A DNA stretch of 32,000 nt from assembly GCA_943787405.1 (NCBI GenBank), contig CALSMH010000003.1, positions 354,218-386,217 of the forward strand. The letters run 5' to 3'. The notes below the pieces were generated by a model. It saw only the letters and a program-made list of their open reading frames with translations. It searched no databases and was not told the origin of the DNA. Shown here piece after piece: positions 28,894 to 32,000 of the stretch (its first letter is position 1; each line of letters begins with the position of its first letter). The translations under genes were made by a program, and so were the position numbers. The DNA comes from an uncultured Nitrosomonadaceae bacterium. GTDB lineage: Bacteria; Pseudomonadota; Gammaproteobacteria; Burkholderiales; Nitrosomonadaceae.

Positions 28894-31619
28894 GCTCCAT
28901 CCTCCGACTCTGCATACGCATCCTCAGTTCGTTCAGAAATGCGACAAAAAGGTTCTAAGTCACAATTACGGCATGTTTCAGGATACTTTTTGGGGCTGAC
29001 TTTCGCATCACCTTTAGAAAAGCTCTCTGCAATACGAGTAAGGTCAGTACGCCAAGAGACAATTAACTGCTCCCATTCTGGGTCAGCTTTCACACTAGGC
29101 AGAAGATCGTTATCCCGTGCCAAGGCTTTGAATTTCATTTTTCCCGTTTTTACCTGCGCAAATACAACTGCTGAAGCAGCATCAGATTGAGAGGCTAAAA
29201 AATAAAGTGGCAGTTGTGGCTCATCTGGACGTTCACCACACATGGTCGTAATTTTTGATTCTCCTGTCTTGTAATCGATAATAATAAGCCTCCCATCATT
29301 AAGCATATCAACGCGGTCTAGACGCGTAGTTAAGGAAAGCCCACCTAGGTTAATTTCCCCTCCAACTTCAATTCCTTTAACTCTGAAGTCGCCGCGTTTC
29401 TTCTCTTTATCTAGCCATTCATACGTCAATCGCACCAAACGCTGATTTTCAATATTTGTAAAACGCTTTGAGAGTTTTGTTGCACGCTTTGTTTGAATAC
29501 GTTCGATTACCTTTTTAGCTGAATTTGACAATTTTTCTTTAAGTTTGTCATCACTGATCGCATCAAGCTCATTTTTGGTCTTAAGCTCACGCCATACTTG
29601 TTCTAACACCCCATGCACCAATTCCCCACGTTCCATTGCATTTAGTCCAGTATGTGGAGACTCTAATCCTTTTGCCCCCAGACGGTGCAAAGCAAATGCT
29701 CGGAACGGACAAGCCGCTTGGTTCTTTATCACCGAAGTACCACCATTCAGTGCTGCCTGATCAAGCTCTGGCGCTTTATTATCTTCAATAGACTCAATCT
29801 GACCCGCTTGATGAATCAGATCACGATGACTCTTATAAGTTGGTAGAATCAGCTCACTTTGTGGGAAGTCTACAATTAATGGACTAGGAGTAAGTATGCG
29901 CTCGCCTTTCTTCTCATCATCATGCCTAGGAAAACTAAAAATTACTTCATCCGAGCTGCGACTCCACTCGTTAATAAAACGACGTGATAGATCAAGTGAT
30001 TCAGAAGCAGAGGCACGTGGTATTTTTGCTGAACGCTGTAGCTCAATTGGTAGGAACGGATTTGTACTTGAGGACAACGGCCACTTTGTATCTGATAACC
30101 CCATCACCCATAGATGATCAAATTCCATACCAACAGTCTCGCGTATATCTAAAATTTGAATGGGAACATCAGGGGTTTCTGGCTGAAAAATTTTCTCTAC
30201 TGCTATTCTATGGAGACGCCGTATCCCTCCAATATATCCGATCCTGGGAATAACACGATCAAGTGCCGCAAACTCAGCAACGATTTCGTTCCATTTATTT
30301 AGAGTCTGATATTCCGATGAGTCAAGAGCACGCTCACCTGGAAAATTAAAAATTTTAAGTACGCCGGAGATAGCTCTAGCTAAAACCGATGGCGCCTGCC
30401 TAACAAACAAATTTTCTTTGCGAAATTCTACAAGTGAAGATATCTGCTGCATGAGAATTGGACAATTTGTACTGTTCTGTTTGCGCTGAATAAGTACAAA
30501 TAAGTCTTTGAGCGTAATTCTTGGCTCAACTCTCTTTCGTAATTGCTCGTCAAGCAGTGCGCGATTTATCATTTCGCTCTCTCCGCCAGCCAGAAAAGGC
30601 GAACGAAGGATGCTGCTCACAAGCTCAAATTCAATATCCTTCCCAGCCAGCTCAAGTAATTGAAACGCTGTACTGACTAATGGGTATGAAGCCAAACCCA
30701 TTCCAAGCGAAACATTAAAGGGATACACACGATGCGTAAAATCCGGTAGACCCTGTTGCACATCTGGCCCCATCATGGAGCTGAAGGTACGTATAATTTC
30801 ACTCCGATACTTGGAGAGCTCTGGAACAACAACACCAATTCGTACCGTATTGTTGGCCTCAATCCACGCTCGTGCCCACACTGCAGATCGTTGAATCTCA
30901 TCATGACTGTCTGTGCAACTAACTCGTTGCACTCTTCCAACTCGAGATCGAATCTTTGACTGCGACTGAGCTGTCATCACCTCGCAACCATATTCTGAGA
31001 GACTATTTAGAAAAGCTCTCTGCTGTGGTGTAAACGTATCAAATCCATAGCAAATCAATCGATCTGGTTTTTGAGTTCTTGTATGCCTCCATAATTCAAT
31101 TATCAAATCATAAATTCGTGCTTTATCGATTTGATTTTCGCGTTGGATTAACCCTCTATAACTCTTTGACCAGCTCCGGAATACCTTACAATCTTCATTT
31201 AGAGGTAGATTTTTGAGTTTAGAAATAAGTTGCCATTCATGAATAATTTTCCAGGCTTTACGTGCTAATCTTGCTGCTTCAGGAATAGAAAATAAAATTG
31301 GGGCTTGGTCTGAATTAGAGATAATGTTTTCCCACAACACCTGTTCCTGATTAGTTGAGAGTAAAGCAGGTAATTTATCTGCCTGCTCGGAATAGAGCAT
31401 CTCTTCATATGAACGTTCAATGAATACAGCTATCGGAAGAATATCAGGCGTACTCCAGGCTGTGCGTCCCTGAATAACCTGCAAATCATCAAATTCTCGC
31501 CGCAACACCTTTGCGAGTCTTCTATTAGGTGTAACGACAACGCTGGAGTTTATACCAGTGGGAAACTGATTAAAAAAATCAGCAAGGATTATTTGTGGAA
31601 ATTTCTGTAGTGAAGACAT
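28890..31619 (-). CDS. addB: AddB-like PD-(D/E)XK nuclease with an iron-staple Cys cluster; no Walker A seen
   Basis: 909 aa. The C-terminal nuclease motif is LIIIDYKTGE. One upstream Cys (QAACPFRAF) plus C-x2-C-x5-C (CRNCDLEPFC) matches the AddB Fe-S staple arrangement. The N-terminus (VVVTPNRRLAKVL) has no GxxGxGK[ST]. Confidence 0.72.
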   Translation of the reverse strand: MSSLQKFPQIILADFFNQFPTGINSSVVVTPNRRLAKVLRREFDDLQVIQGRTAWSTPDILPIAVFIERSYEEMLYSEQADKLPALLSTNQEQVLWENIISNSDQAPILFSIPEAARLARKAWKIIHEWQLISKLKNLPLNEDCKVFRSWSKSYRGLIQRENQIDKARIYDLIIELWRHTRTQKPDRLICYGFDTFTPQQRAFLNSLSEYGCEVMTAQSQSKIRSRVGRVQRVSCTDSHDEIQRSAVWARAWIEANNTVRIGVVVPELSKYRSEIIRTFSSMMGPDVQQGLPDFTHRVYPFNVSLGMGLASYPLVSTAFQLLELAGKDIEFELVSSILRSPFLAGGESEMINRALLDEQLRKRVEPRITLKDLFVLIQRKQNSTNCPILMQQISSLVEFRKENLFVRQAPSVLARAISGVLKIFNFPGERALDSSEYQTLNKWNEIVAEFAALDRVIPRIGYIGGIRRLHRIAVEKIFQPETPDVPIQILDIRETVGMEFDHLWVMGLSDTKWPLSSSTNPFLPIELQRSAKIPRASASESLDLSRRFINEWSRSSDEVIFSFPRHDDEKKGERILTPSPLIVDFPQSELILPTYKSHRDLIHQAGQIESIEDNKAPELDQAALNGGTSVIKNQAACPFRAFALHRLGAKGLESPHTGLNAMERGELVHGVLEQVWRELKTKNELDAISDDKLKEKLSNSAKKVIERIQTKRATKLSKRFTNIENQRLVRLTYEWLDKEKKRGDFRVKGIEVGGEINLGGLSLTTRLDRVDMLNDGRLIIIDYKTGESKITTMCGERPDEPQLPLYFLASQSDAASAVVFAQVKTGKMKFKALARDNDLLPSVKADPEWEQLIVSWRTDLTRIAESFSKGDAKVSPKKYPETCRNCDLEPFCRISERTEDAYAESEDGA

Positions 31620-31645
31620 GCGGTGAACTGACTACCGCTATAAGT

Positions 31646-31969
31646 TTAACGCTCTAACAAGTCTAGTTTGCTGGAAACATCCACCCAGTCGTCGGCATCT
31701 GACGGAGCATCTTTTTTCTCAACTATAGATTCCCAAGATTTTGATAACTCAGCATTGAGCGCTGTAAAATGCTGCTGCTCATCAGGTACATCATCTTCAG
31801 CATAAATTGCTTCTACGGGACACTCAGCTACACACAAGGTGCAGTCAATACATTCTTCTGGATCAATTACCAGAAAATTCGGGCCTTCTCGAAAACAATC
31901 TACCGGGCAAACATCTACGCAATCGGTATATTTACACTTAATACAACTTTCAGTTACAACATAAGTCAT
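31646..31969 (-). CDS. fdxA: 7Fe (3Fe-4S / 4Fe-4S) ferredoxin, Azotobacter FdxA type
   Basis: 107 aa with the cysteine motifs [14 protein letters not shown] and [12 protein letters not shown]. The N-terminus [12 protein letters not shown] is typical of FdxA. Confidence 0.92.
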   Translation of the reverse strand: MTYVVTESCIKCKYTDCVDVCPVDCFREGPNFLVIDPEECIDCTLCVAECPVEAIYAEDDVPDEQQHFTALNAELSKSWESIVEKKDAPSDADDWVDVSSKLDLLER

Positions 31970-32000
31970 TGTAGTTCTTCCTTTCCCTTACATGTAGAAC

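Noticed and set aside
1266-30959. About 30 ORFs of 61-124 aa in the six-frame track lie antisense to or inside the long annotated genes. Examples are 1266..1523, 3440..3814, 8316..8516, 8544..8777, 8988..9299, 9727..9987, 10427..10654, 12070..12363, 12588..12821, 13194..13493, 14478..14705, 16115..16377, 17153..17491, 18366..18551, 20562..20804, 21808..22023, 23711..23920, 24102..24311, 26163..26735, 26903..27238, 27872..28141, 28371..28610, 28876..29190, 29545..30253 and 30756..30959.
   Set aside because: Each is fully nested in a longer ORF with clear family motifs. Their translations are low-complexity (Ser/Pro/Leu/Thr-rich) with no recognisable motifs. They look like shadow ORFs of the opposite strand.
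25405-31619. I considered whether the large helicase plus nuclease pair is an anti-phage defence system rather than a repair complex.
   Set aside because: Both proteins show the specific AddA/AddB hallmarks: a UvrD helicase with a C-terminal DYK nuclease, and an Fe-S staple C-x2-C-x5-C. They sit among core genes with no mobile or defence-island context.
1-32000. I looked for CRISPR arrays, tRNA/rRNA genes, transposases, integrases and prophage remnants.
   Set aside because: I saw no spaced direct-repeat arrays, cloverleaf-like segments, rRNA-like conserved blocks or recombinase-like ORFs. The intergenic spacers are all under about 290 nt.

Overview
This window looks like a gene-dense, fairly AT-rich chromosomal segment from a betaproteobacterial ammonia oxidiser. 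The Nitrosomonas-like assignment rests on the AmoC/AmoA/AmoB translations. I call 29 CDS, 27 of them on the minus strand, and almost all are recognisable. Listed by ascending coordinate (minus-strand blocks are transcribed in the reverse of the listed order), the blocks are: (1) nagZ, acpS, pdxJ, recO, era, rnc, DUF4845, lepB, lepA; (2) the envelope-stress operon rpoE-rseA-mucB-mucD plus a glutaredoxin-like gene; (3) nadB-ygfZ, divergent on the plus strand; (4) a DinG/YoaA-type Fe-S helicase; (5) the ammonia monooxygenase operon amoCAB; (6) scpA-scpB, trpS, an M50 protease, yciO and trpH; (7) an AddA/AddB-like helicase-nuclease pair; (8) a 7Fe ferredoxin. I saw no rRNA, tRNA, CRISPR array, transposase, integrase, phage or recognisable defence gene. 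Two good rho-independent terminators are visible, one after amoB and one after the rpoE operon. Many gene junctions are stop/start overlaps (TAATG or ATGA). I do not find convincing evidence for an undescribed multi-gene system here, because the intergenic space is small and every long ORF has a plausible family assignment. The items most worth a second look are these: the amoCAB operon ends at a terminator with no amoE/amoD tail. There is a perfect 15-bp tandem duplication next to the amoC ribosome-binding site. A perfect stem-loop sits in the amoC-amoA spacer. The AddB-like protein lacks a Walker A motif and lies directly downstream of a ferredoxin gene. TrpRS carries a four-cysteine motif. 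All functional calls come from reading the supplied translations against remembered family motifs; no database search was run.
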